Origin: Polyangiaceae bacterium
GTDB taxonomy: Bacteria > Myxococcota_A > Polyangia > Polyangiales > Polyangiaceae
Assembly (NCBI GenBank): GCA_044376115.1
Contig: JBILLK010000002.1
Coordinates: forward strand, 1 to 64,000
Direction: 5' to 3'
DNA length: 64,000 bases
This document shows positions 17,834 through 27,655 of the stretch, piece by piece (position 1 is the stretch's first letter; every line of letters begins with the position of its first letter). The notes beneath the pieces are model-generated. The model saw only the letters and a program-made list of their open reading frames with translations, had not been told where the DNA came from and did no database searches. Both the position numbers and the translations under genes were made by a program.

Positions 17834-17953
17834 CCCAGCCGAAGTCTCACACGATTTCGCTGCGAAGGGCTGACATCACGAGCAGAACGCGGAAATCCTG
17901 CTGCGCGACTTGGGCTCTTGAACCGCGTTCGGCGCTCGTGCATCACACGCATC

Positions 17954-18220
17954 ATGTTTAAGAAACTATTGGCTATCACCCTTCTGGCTTTTCTCGCGGG
18001 TTGTGAGGACTTCTGCGCGAGCGCTGAAGACAAGGCTGATTCGTGTGGAGTAAGCGGTCTCGAAATCGAGGACGACCTTGTCGGTTGCGGGGAGGCCACC
18101 GCGGAGTGTCGCGCGGCCTGCATCGAAGAGGCTAGCTGTGAGGACATCAAAGCCTCCTTTGCTGGCGGTACGGATCGCACGACGGACGCCTGGCTCTGCT
18201 ACGAAGCTTGCGGAACCTGA
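17954..18220 (+). CDS. Small Cys-rich lipoprotein
   Basis: MFKKLL...FLAGC followed by eight further Cys. Confidence 0.75.
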   Translation: MFKKLLAITLLAFLAGCEDFCASAEDKADSCGVSGLEIEDDLVGCGEATAECRAACIEEASCEDIKASFAGGTDRTTDAWLCYEACGT

Positions 18221-18260
18221 CGCTAGACAGCCCGCGAGGCGATGAAGGAAGATTAGGCGG

Positions 18261-18563
18261 GTGGCGCGCTATTCGGGCATGCTCGGCATCGGCTTGTTCG
18301 TGGTGGGCCTTTTTGTCGCGCACGGCATCGCCACAACGATAGTGACCGTGCTTCCGCAGCACGCACGAGATGCTCGCATGGTCGGGGCGATCGTGGGCGG
18401 GGCCCTGATCGTCATGGTCGACCTGGTAGTGCGTAAAGTCTGGGGTGAGGATGAGGGCTGGAGACGGTACGTGTTGCGCGCGAACGGGCCGTCGCTGGGC
18501 GCTGCGCCGGGCTGGTTTGCAGGGGTTGTGTTGGTTCTGATTGCGTTCGGACTTCGCAACTAA
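18261..18563 (+). CDS. Small membrane protein (about 3 TM)
   Basis: Three hydrophobic segments. Confidence 0.6.
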   Translation: MARYSGMLGIGLFVVGLFVAHGIATTIVTVLPQHARDARMVGAIVGGALIVMVDLVVRKVWGEDEGWRRYVLRANGPSLGAAPGWFAGVVLVLIAFGLRN

Positions 18564-18649
18564 TCCGCTGCCTCGGGTACCGGCGCCGGGAGCGGCCTAG
18601 GGTTCAAATTCCAGCGCTTTTTGCTTCAATCGAACCTTTTTTCTGGTGC

Positions 18650-18678
18650 GTGAGCCGATCCGACCCGAAACTCCGCAC
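18650..18678 (+). promoter_or_regulatory. Putative autoregulatory ECF promoter, copy C
   Basis: GTGAGCCGATCCGACCCGAAACTCCGCAC ending 11 nt before the ECF sigma ATG; preceded by a T-tract. Confidence 0.7.
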
Positions 18679-18689
18679 TGACGTCCTGT

Positions 18690-19241
18690 ATGGCCGCTCT
18701 TTCCAAGGTCGCGCGCAAAGCGCCTGATGAACTCGCCGTGATCGCCGCGGCGATCGCCGGGGAGGAGCAGGCCTTTACCGCGCTTTACCGCGCGCATTCG
18801 GCCTACATCGCCGGGGTGGTCTACCGCATGCTCGGCTCCGACGCCGATTTGGACGACATCGTGCAGGAGACCTTCGTGGACGGCTTGCGGCAGCTGCACA
18901 ACCTCGAGGACCCGAAGAAGCTGCGCTCCTTCCTGGTGACCATCGCGGTCCGCCGCATTCACGGGCGCCTATCGTTTCGCTATCGGATGAAGTCGATCGT
19001 GGCGAACTTGTTTGGCAACGCTCCCAGCGTTTCGGACCCGGAGGCTCGCTCCGAGGTGCAGGCGCTGTATGACAAGTTGGCCAAGGTAGCGCCTAAGAAG
19101 CGCATGGTTTGGGTGCTGCACCGCGTGGAGGGCTACACCCTGCCTGAGGCGGCCGAGCAGGTTGGCTCTTCGCTAGCCACCGTCAAACGCTGGATCGCCG
19201 ATGTGGATGTTGAAGTGGAGGCTGAACATGAAGCACAGTGA
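18690..19241 (+). CDS. ECF RNA polymerase sigma factor
   Basis: Region 2 (AFTALYRAH, DLDDIVQETF) and region 4 (LHRVEGYTLPEAA...SLATVKR). Confidence 0.93.
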   Translation: MAALSKVARKAPDELAVIAAAIAGEEQAFTALYRAHSAYIAGVVYRMLGSDADLDDIVQETFVDGLRQLHNLEDPKKLRSFLVTIAVRRIHGRLSFRYRMKSIVANLFGNAPSVSDPEARSEVQALYDKLAKVAPKKRMVWVLHRVEGYTLPEAAEQVGSSLATVKRWIADVDVEVEAEHEAQ

Positions 19242-20337
19242 GGCCGCGAAGCTCGTACGCGAGAAGGTGGAGCCGCCGTGGGATGAGCTGCGTGCAGCCC
19301 GCGTGCAGAAGCGGGTGCTCGAGTCGCTGCGCAATGAAGAGCCGGCTGGGCTGCCGCGCGCATGGCATCTCCCGCGCGCTGCGTGGATCGTCGGGGCGCT
19401 AAGCGCTGTTGCGGCGGTCGTACTCTTCTTCGTCTTGCGCACCGCCTCGGTGAACGACGCACGCATCTCCGCCTCGCGGATCGATCTCGCGGATGGTTCG
19501 GTGGCGCGCTTGGATGAGGGGGCACGCGTGGTGCCGGAGACGGTGGTGGACAATCGCGTCGAGCTGCGTCAGCTGCAGGGAGCGGCAACCTATGACGTGG
19601 TCCCCGGGCGCTCGCGCAAGTTCAGCGTGCTGGTGGAGGACGTGCGCATCGACGTGCTCGGCACCTCCTTCCGCGTGGACAAGTACGAGGACGGACTGCA
19701 TGTCTCGGTGTTGCGCGGCAAAGTGCAGGTGACGCGCGCGGACCGTTCGGTCGTGCTCGTGGCCGGAGAAGAGCTCACTTGGCGTGAAGAGCCGCCCGCC
19801 ACCGAGCCGGTGCCCAACCAACCGAGCGATGCCGGCCGCGTTCCCGCCGCGAGCTCAGCCTCATCGGCGCCCGCGGGCCCCTCGGTGCCCCCCGCACCCG
19901 AGCCGCAAAAGAGCGCACAACCCACCGCGCCGAGTGCGCCAACTCCAGCTTCCAGCGCAGCAAGCGTCGTCGAACCAGCGCCCGAGAGCAGCGCCGCCGA
20001 ACTCTTCCGCCAAGCCGATGATGCGCGCGCTGCCGGCAATCTCGGTGAGGGCATTCGCCTGTTGCAGGAGCTGATCGCCAAGCACCCCAAAGATAGCCGC
20101 GTCACGCTCGCGACCTTCACCATTGGCCGGCTCGAGCTTCAGCGCGGCAACGCCGAGAAGGCTGCTGTTGCCTTTGAGTCGTGCGGCCAAGCGCTCGGCG
20201 GTGAGGCGCTGGCCGAGGCAGCGCTAGCACGCTCGCGCGCCGGTCAATCGGGCGCGGCAAGCAACCTCGCAGCGCGCTACCTGCAGCTCTTTCCGGGGGG
20301 CGCACGGGCCAAGGAGATGACGAGGCTCGCGCCTTGA
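19228..20337 (+). CDS. FecR-domain anti-sigma factor with C-terminal TPR
   Basis: TM helix, LADGSVARL, IDVLGTSFRV, VSVLRGKVQV, Pro/Ala linker and TPR-like helices. Confidence 0.88.
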   Translation: MKHSEAAKLVREKVEPPWDELRAARVQKRVLESLRNEEPAGLPRAWHLPRAAWIVGALSAVAAVVLFFVLRTASVNDARISASRIDLADGSVARLDEGARVVPETVVDNRVELRQLQGAATYDVVPGRSRKFSVLVEDVRIDVLGTSFRVDKYEDGLHVSVLRGKVQVTRADRSVVLVAGEELTWREEPPATEPVPNQPSDAGRVPAASSASSAPAGPSVPPAPEPQKSAQPTAPSAPTPASSAASVVEPAPESSAAELFRQADDARAAGNLGEGIRLLQELIAKHPKDSRVTLATFTIGRLELQRGNAEKAAVAFESCGQALGGEALAEAALARSRAGQSGAASNLAARYLQLFPGGARAKEMTRLAP

Positions 20338-21326
20338 CCGCACGCGGCTGCTGGCTTGCAGCCTTGATCCTTTGCAGCAGCTCATCGGCTTACGCGGATG
20401 AGCTGCCGGCAGCGTCCGGTCTCGCGGTCGAGGGCTGCAACGTAGATAACGCGCTGCTATCCCGCCTGGTGCGGATCGAACTCGCGAGCGTGCTCGAGGC
20501 CAGCAGCGATGCGAGTCGTTACTTGGTTTGGATCACCTGCAACGCCGACCGTGCGCGTATTGCACTATTCGACCCATTGACCAGTAAAACGCTCGAGCGC
20601 GGCGTGATGGCGCCGCGCGCCGATGAACTCGAGCCGGAGCGCCTCTTGGCGCTCACCGTCGCGCAGCTCTATCGCGCGTCGTGGCTGGAGCTGGCTGCGG
20701 AAAAAGCTGATCCGCCACCGTTACCACCGGCACTCCCGCCGATGCGCACGCCGCTCGCGGTGGAGAGCGCGCAGCGTGTGGTGGCCGAGCGCACTGAGCC
20801 TCGTGATGAGCCCCACTACGTTTCGATCGCTGCGCTCGGTGGCTTTCGCGCGCGCGAGCTGAGCGAGCCCACGCTGCTCGGCAATGTGGAGATCGCGGTG
20901 GCCTGGGCGCCGATAGCCGAGTGGTTCTGGATCGCTTTGGGCACCGGCGTTGAGTTTACCTCGGTAACGCGCAGCGCTGGTTCGCTCGATACCCTATTAG
21001 TGAAGGCCCACGGTGGGGCAGGGGTGGAGCCGCTACGAGCCGGTCCGTGGTCGGGCTTTGCTGAACTCACCGCAGGCGTTGGCATCCTCAACGTCGCGAG
21101 CGATGAGCTTTCGCCTGGTTACACTGGTGGTTCGGTTTTGGGGCCAGGCTTCGAAGGCACGCTGGGCCTCGGCGTAGCTGCGCGAATCGAGCCAGTGCGC
21201 ATCGAGCTGCTCGGTCGCGTGGGCGTGCTCGAAGGGACGCCTTCGGCGTTGATCGTCCGCGACGCGCCGCTCTCCTTCGACGGCGTTTCGGCTGGGCTCG
21301 ACCTGCGGCTGCGCTGGCTTTTGTAG
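20334..21326 (+). CDS. Secreted/outer-membrane hypothetical protein of the ECF-FecR operon
   Basis: Signal peptide (SAYA), amphipathic beta-strand C-terminus; 4-nt overlap with the FecR gene. Confidence 0.75.
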   Translation: MTARGCWLAALILCSSSSAYADELPAASGLAVEGCNVDNALLSRLVRIELASVLEASSDASRYLVWITCNADRARIALFDPLTSKTLERGVMAPRADELEPERLLALTVAQLYRASWLELAAEKADPPPLPPALPPMRTPLAVESAQRVVAERTEPRDEPHYVSIAALGGFRARELSEPTLLGNVEIAVAWAPIAEWFWIALGTGVEFTSVTRSAGSLDTLLVKAHGGAGVEPLRAGPWSGFAELTAGVGILNVASDELSPGYTGGSVLGPGFEGTLGLGVAARIEPVRIELLGRVGVLEGTPSALIVRDAPLSFDGVSAGLDLRLRWLL

Positions 21327-21378
21327 TACAGGCGCTTCGAACGTGGCCGTGGCGCTGGGCTTGTGCTGCAATTCACCC

Positions 21379-22902
21379 ATGCTTTGCCGGCCCATCCTTT
21401 GCTCAGTCCTCGGAACGCTGCTGGCTGCTGCGGTGCTCCCCGCTTGCGGCGATGATGAAAGCCCAGCCACCGGCGGCGCTGGGGGCGGCGGTGCCGCAGT
21501 TGGAGGAAGTGGGGGTGGGGGTGCTAGCGCGAGCGGAGGGCAGGGAGGCGCCGCAGCCGACACCCAGCTGCGCGTTCTGCTCGACCGCGAGGCTGCTGAC
21601 GGTCCGGATACGGTGATCATCAACGCATTTGTCGTGCGCGACGACGGCGAGGCGCTAACGGATCAGCCGGTGGAGATCTCCGCGGACGGTACTCCGCTCG
21701 ACGTGGCAGAGATCGAGCCCGGCGTGTATCGCGCGCAAGTGACGCCCACCGCCGAGCGCATCGAGTTGCCGATTCGGGTTCAGCTAGGAGAAATCACGCT
21801 CGATCGGGTCGCGCTCGTGCTGTTCGAGGTCAATGATCGTTGGGCGCAGGCCGAGGCCGTGCCCGGCCTCGTCAATTCGCCGGCCTACGAAGATTCGCCG
21901 GAGATTAGCCCGGATGGGCAGTGGCTGATCGTCAGCTCGTATTCCCCGGTGGATCTGCTGTCCTGCATCATTCCGCAGCTCGAGGTGCCTCCCGCCGGCA
22001 ATAGCATCCCAGCCTGCAACACCGTACTCGGCCCGATTGACGCCCCCGAACGGCCGGATCTCCCGGGCAAAGAGCGCATCCTCTCGCCCACCGAGATCGA
22101 TCACACCATCCCGAGCCTCGGCTACACGGCTGAGGCGCTCCAGGGCGCACCGCTTCCGCCGGTGGCGGCTTACGGTTTTCGCCGCCAAGCCGACGACAGC
22201 TTCGCCGAGCCGTTCGTGATCGCCTACGACGCCGGCGGATATACCGGAGGGCCCTTCGGCTTTAACTTCGTAAGCCCTCCCGAGGGCAACAGCGCTGACG
22301 TGATCTTCGCCTGGTTTGACCCGAGTTCCTTCGATACCGACGGAGATCTGATTCGCGCCCAGCTCACCCTCGGCCAGCCGAATACGCTGGGCGTGGTGAG
22401 TGGGACCTTCCCGGCGCTGCAGGTTACGCCGCCGGCGGACAAGCTCCAGCAGCCCGACTTCAGCGATCTGCAGTCCAATCCGGCAGTGGTGGAAAGCGGC
22501 GTCTACTTCGATCAACACGACAATAACCCGCGCGAGTTCGATATCTTGTTCTACCCCGGCTCGATTGACGCGCCGCTCGCGGCGCAAGCTGTCGTTCCGG
22601 TGAGCCAAGCCGGTCGCGCCGAATACCAGCCGTTCGAGTTCGACGGGCAGCTCTTCTACGTGAGCGAATTCAGCCAGATCTTCTCCTCGGAGCGCATCAA
22701 CGGCGGGGATCCAACCTCAGACGCAACCTGGGGGCCCGAACAAAGCGAGCTTTCTCTGTTCGGCGGCGAGGGCAACGTCGTGTCGATTGGCGAACCTTCG
22801 CTGGCCACCGTGGACGGCGTGACCTGGATGTACTTCCTTTACGGGACCACAACGGCGGCAGGCGGATTGGACGCGAACGTGGGTCGCATCCGGCTGCGCT
22901 GA
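21379..22902 (+). CDS. Lipoprotein with an Ig-like region and a PD40/TolB-like repeat
   Basis: VLPAC lipobox, Gly linker, VNSPAYEDSPEISPDGQWL. Confidence 0.75.
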   Translation: MLCRPILCSVLGTLLAAAVLPACGDDESPATGGAGGGGAAVGGSGGGGASASGGQGGAAADTQLRVLLDREAADGPDTVIINAFVVRDDGEALTDQPVEISADGTPLDVAEIEPGVYRAQVTPTAERIELPIRVQLGEITLDRVALVLFEVNDRWAQAEAVPGLVNSPAYEDSPEISPDGQWLIVSSYSPVDLLSCIIPQLEVPPAGNSIPACNTVLGPIDAPERPDLPGKERILSPTEIDHTIPSLGYTAEALQGAPLPPVAAYGFRRQADDSFAEPFVIAYDAGGYTGGPFGFNFVSPPEGNSADVIFAWFDPSSFDTDGDLIRAQLTLGQPNTLGVVSGTFPALQVTPPADKLQQPDFSDLQSNPAVVESGVYFDQHDNNPREFDILFYPGSIDAPLAAQAVVPVSQAGRAEYQPFEFDGQLFYVSEFSQIFSSERINGGDPTSDATWGPEQSELSLFGGEGNVVSIGEPSLATVDGVTWMYFLYGTTTAAGGLDANVGRIRLR

Positions 22903-22989
22903 CGTTCGCGTAACCATTCGAGAATACCAATTCGTCGTGCGGTCGGATTGCGTGTTCCAAACCAGTGGCCGACCGAGTTAGCTTGAACA

Positions 22990-25840
22990 ATGGCGGGTGA
23001 GAGCGTGGTGACACCACGTCTGATCGTTGGGATCGGCGCCTCGGCCGGAGGCCTAGAAGCGCTTGAGGCGTTCATTCGCGCCGTGCCGCAAAGCAGCGGC
23101 ATGGCCTTCGTGATCGTTCAGCACCTGTCACCGGACCACAAGAGCCACATGGTGGAACTGCTGGCGAAGCACACCAACATGAAGGTGCTCGCCGCTAAGG
23201 ACGGCGCCCACATTCTCGCTGACACGGTCTACCTAATTCCGCCGCGCAAAGTGCTTTCGGTGCAGGGCCAGGTCTTGCGTCTCGAGGAGCGTGGTGCGGG
23301 CCTGACGCTGCCAGTCGATGTGCTGTTTCGCTCCTTGGCAGAGGAGTTTGGCGAGCTTGCAGCGGGGGTGATTCTCTCGGGCACCGGCAGTGATGGCATG
23401 CGTGGCGTGCGGGCCCTGAAGGAAAGCGGTGGTCTGGTGATGGTGCAGGAGCCCGCGAGCGCCAAGTTCGATGGCATGCCGCGCTCGGCGATCTCCGCCG
23501 GCATCGTCGACTACATCCTGCAAGTGCACGAAATGCCCGAAAAGCTCCGGCTCTACGCTGAGCATCAGCGTTTGCCCGCTGCGGCGGGCGCAGCCTCGGA
23601 TGATGACGCCTTCGATCAGCTCACCGGCCTATTGCGGCGTCAAACCGGTGTGGACTTCTCGAACTATCGGCCAACCACCTTACACCGCCGGATTCAGCGG
23701 CGAATGGCGGTCAATCAGAAGAGCACGCTGGAAGACTACGCGGCGGCAGCACAGGCCTCATCACGTGAAGTCAACATGCTCTTCAAAGAGCTGCTGATCA
23801 GCGTAACGCGCTTCTTTCGTGATGCCGACGCCTTCGAGTACCTCCGCCAAGAGGTGATTCCGGCCTTGGTCGAGAAGACGCGCCCGGGCGAGGGGCTGCG
23901 CCTTTGGGTCGCGGGTTGCGCCACCGGGGAGGAGGCTTACTCGTTGGCGATGTTGTTCGAAGAGTACTTCGAGAGCGGCGGCAGGCCACGCGAGGTAAAG
24001 ATCTTCGCCACCGACATCGATAAGGATGCGCTGGAGTTCGCTGGGGCCGGCATCTACCCGGAGAGCATCGCGGCTGACGTGTCGCCCGAACGGTTGCAAC
24101 GCTTCTTCGTTCGCCACGGGGACGCCTATCACGTAGCGCGCTTCGTCCGTCAACGGGTGGTCTTTGCCAACCACGACTTGAGCTGAGACCCACCTTTTAG
24201 TCGTGTATCGCTGATCAGCTGCCGCAACCTGCTTATCTACTTTAATCCCGCCCTGCAGCAGCAGGTCATTTCGGGCTTTCGCTTTGCGCTCCGTCCCGGC
24301 GGCTTTCTCTTCCTCGGCAGCAGTGAGACGCCTGGGGAGCTGGGCAGCGAGCTGCAAGTGGCCAACGCCGGGTCGAAGATTTTTCGTCGCACCGAGGCAA
24401 AGAGCCGGCTGCCCGAGCTGCGTGACGGGCTGCTGACGGGCGCGGCGGAGCGCTCGGCTTCGACTCCAAGCACCAATCCCAACGTGACGGCGGCCACTCA
24501 ACTGCTGCTCGAGAGCTATGCCCCGCCCTCCGCCTTGATGACCGAGCAGCACGAGGTGTTGCATCTGTTCGGCGCATCCAACCCCTTGTTACGCTTTTCG
24601 GCGGGTACAGCCACGCTCAACCTCCTGCAGCTCCTGCCTCAGTCGGTGGCGTCGGTATTGAGCCTGGCTACTCATCGCGCCGTTCGCGACGATGCTGAGG
24701 CTCGCTATCGTTCAGTGCCAACCGAGCACGGGCTTGTCACCGTCACGGTACGGCCGCTTCCGCGCCGCGGAGCCGCCAGCCTATTTGTCGCTAGCTTCGA
24801 GGTTGAGGCGGATACTCCCGCGGTCCAGGTCGCAACTGCCGCGGGGGCTCGCGTGGTCGCCGACGATGCGGGGCGCCAGATCATCGATCTGCAGCAGGAG
24901 CTGCAGTTCTCCCGCGAAAACCTGCAAGCGACGATCGAGGAGCTAGAAACCTCGAATGAGGAACTCCAAGCGACGAACGAAGAGCTGATCGCCTCTAACG
25001 AGGAGCTGCAGAGCAAGAATAAGGAGCTGCAGTCGGTGAATGAGGAGCTGCACACGCTCAACGCTGAATATCAGTCGAAGATCGGTGAGCTCGTGCACCT
25101 CAATGAGGACATCAACAACCTCTTGATGAGCACTCGATTGGGCAGCGTCTTCCTCGACGCAGACCTGAACATCACCCGCTTCACGCCAGCGATCTCGCAG
25201 GTGATGAACCTGCTGGAGCGCGACGTCGGCCGACCGATATCGCACCTATCGCTGAAGTTCCCAGCTGACATCTTCTTCGAGTCACTGGGAGAGGTGTTGC
25301 GTACGCAGATCGAAATTGAGCGTCAGTTCTCACTCACGGACGGCCAGGACTTCGTATTGCGGGTTGCACCGTACATTACCGATAACGGAGGCAATAGTGG
25401 TCTCGTGGTCACGGTGCTCGACGTCTCGCAGCTCAAGCGTTCGGAGCGTCGACTTGCGCAGGTGCTCGACGCATTGCCGCATCAGCTCGCCTTGCTTGAC
25501 TCGGAGGGCATCATCCGTTTGGTCAACCACGCGTGGACCGAATTCTCCCAGAGCAACGGCGGAAGCAGCAACGACTGCGGAGTTGGCAGCAACTACCTCG
25601 CAGCATGCACCAGCGGCGGCGTTCGGAAGCCAGCGCCGGAGGGATAAGCTGAGGGAACTTCTGGCCCGACGCATACAGTTCTTCGAGCTGGAGTATCCCT
25701 GCCATACGCCGACGGAGCAGCGCTGGTTTCTAATGCAGGCAACACAAGTGCGAGGATCCGAGGCAGGGGTCGTGGTGGTGCATATCAACATCACGTCGCG
25801 CAAGCTGCTGGAACTTGGGCTCGGAGCTCCTCCGGCATGA
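22990..25840 (+). pseudogene. CheB-CheR-PAS fusion interrupted by an in-frame TGA (24184-24186) and a frameshift (about 25610-25645)
   Basis: CheB GASAGG/QH/GSDG; CheR GCATGEEAYS, ATDID; HDLS*DPPFSRVSLISCRNLLIYF continues in frame; [10 protein letters not shown] coiled coil; terminal PAS FELEYPCHTP..RWFLM lies in another frame. Confidence 0.85.
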
Positions 25841-27477
25841 GCACCAAGGATGGCTTCGACAAGGCCCTGGCCGAGCTCCGCGATCGTGCGGAAGGCGGAA
25901 AAGGTCGGGAGAGCAAGGCAGACGGCGATGCGCTTGCACGGGCCCTGCATGAACTCGACGTTCACCATGCGGAGCTCGAGATACAAAACCAGGATCTGCG
26001 CGAGACCCAGCTTGAGCTCGCGCGCTCGCGCGACAAGTTTCAACGCTTGTTTGACGAGGCGCCGCTCGGTGTCATTATCACCACGCTTACTGGCGTGGTG
26101 CTGGAGGGAAATCGAGCGGCGGTCCAGCTGTTGCGTCCGCCGCAAAGACTCACGAGCAAGCCCTTCGTGGTGTTCCTCGCGGAAGGGCAAGCGGAGCGGT
26201 ATTTCAAGCACGTAAGCGCAGTGGTTGAATCCTCCGTCCCACAAACGGCCGAGCTTACGGTGCGAATCGGCTCGGAGCTGCGCCTAGTGAACATGCGCAC
26301 GACGACCATGAACACCGTCCCGGTGACGCTGCTGTCCTACCTGCTGGACGTGACCGAGCATCGCGCCGCCGAGCAGGCCAAGCTCGCGCTCGACGAGCGG
26401 ATCAGGCAATCGGACAAGCTCGAGGCCATCGGTCGGGTTGCCGCCAACATCGCCCATGACGTCAACAACATCCTCGTGTCGGTGATCTCGCTCGGGGAGT
26501 TCGCCAAGGCACAGGCGCCGGCGGCGCGCGCGGACCTCGACGCGCTCACCGACGCTGCGTGGCGCGGCGCCCGGCTCATGCGCGGCTTGTTGGGGCTCTC
26601 GCGGGGAACCGGAGGCTCCGCCCGCGTCTTTGAGCTTGGTGCGTTGGTCAAGCGGGTGGCTGGTATGCTCAAACACAGCCGGGCCGGCATTGAGGTGGTT
26701 TGCGAGGTTGGCGACGAGCCGCTCGGAGTGCTCGGGGAGGAGGACGCTCTGCTTCAGGCCCTCCTCAACCTCGGAACGAACGGCCTCGAGGCAATGACGG
26801 CGGGAACGCTCACGCTGCGCTGTACGTCGCAGGATGGGCAGGCATTGGTCGAGGTGCAGGATGACGGCGTTGGAATAGAAGATGCGCAACAACGCCTGAT
26901 CTTCGAGCCGCTGTTCACCACCAAGGCGGCGCAGGGTGGATCGGGCCTTGGTCTGACCATTGTGCAACAAGTAGTGCACGCATTTGGCGGTAACATTCGG
27001 TACGAGAGCGTTCCTCGTAGGGGCACGACCTTTAGCGTGCTGCTACCGACGACGCAGAGCCTACCGCGGGATCTTCGGCAATCGAGCCCGGCGAGCCGTC
27101 CGCTCCTCGTTCGAGTGCTGCTCGTCGATGACGACGATCAAGTGCGCTTGTCCACCAAACGCTCGCTCGAGGCAGCGGGCGCTACGGTCTTTCCTTACGG
27201 CAATCCAGCGGTAGCGCTCGAAGAAGTGGTGGAGCGTCAGCTGGCTTTCGATGTGGCGCTGCTCGACGTCAACATGCCGGAGCTTTCTGGCCCCGACTTG
27301 GCGACGCGGCTGCGCGAGAAGCTGGGCCCCTTTCCGGTTGTCCTGGTCACCGGGGCGACGGGCGACCTAATCCCGGACTCGGAGGTCTCGCGGCAAGAGG
27401 TGCGGGTGCTCCGCAAGCCGTGGTCGCGCGAGGACCTTGTTGGGACGCTCGTAGAGGTCCTGGGCGCCACAGGCTGA
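25837..27477 (+). CDS. Hybrid sensor histidine kinase (PAS-HisKA-HATPase-REC)
   Basis: IAHDVNN H-box; LLNLGTNG, DDGVGI, FEPLFTTK, GSGLGL boxes; receiver LLVDDD, LLDVNMP, LRKP. Confidence 0.95.
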   Translation: MSTKDGFDKALAELRDRAEGGKGRESKADGDALARALHELDVHHAELEIQNQDLRETQLELARSRDKFQRLFDEAPLGVIITTLTGVVLEGNRAAVQLLRPPQRLTSKPFVVFLAEGQAERYFKHVSAVVESSVPQTAELTVRIGSELRLVNMRTTTMNTVPVTLLSYLLDVTEHRAAEQAKLALDERIRQSDKLEAIGRVAANIAHDVNNILVSVISLGEFAKAQAPAARADLDALTDAAWRGARLMRGLLGLSRGTGGSARVFELGALVKRVAGMLKHSRAGIEVVCEVGDEPLGVLGEEDALLQALLNLGTNGLEAMTAGTLTLRCTSQDGQALVEVQDDGVGIEDAQQRLIFEPLFTTKAAQGGSGLGLTIVQQVVHAFGGNIRYESVPRRGTTFSVLLPTTQSLPRDLRQSSPASRPLLVRVLLVDDDDQVRLSTKRSLEAAGATVFPYGNPAVALEEVVERQLAFDVALLDVNMPELSGPDLATRLREKLGPFPVVLVTGATGDLIPDSEVSRQEVRVLRKPWSREDLVGTLVEVLGATG

Positions 27478-27655
27478 AGCCCGCCAGGTGAGAAGGGGCG
27501 TCTGCGCCGCGCAAGGCGAGGCGTAGACGCCACGAACGGGCTCAGCCAACCCACTGGCCTCGGGCGGAATCGCCCAGAACTTGCGCAATCCTTCGGCGCC
27601 TTCGAGGACGTTGCCCCGTGTCGCTCGGCGGCACGCGGGTTGCTCAACGCTCAGC

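Noticed and set aside
24184..24240. Selenocysteine recoding of the in-frame TGA
   Set aside because: The position corresponds to Arg/Lys rather than Cys, I see no clear SECIS hairpin, and the gene has a second lesion.
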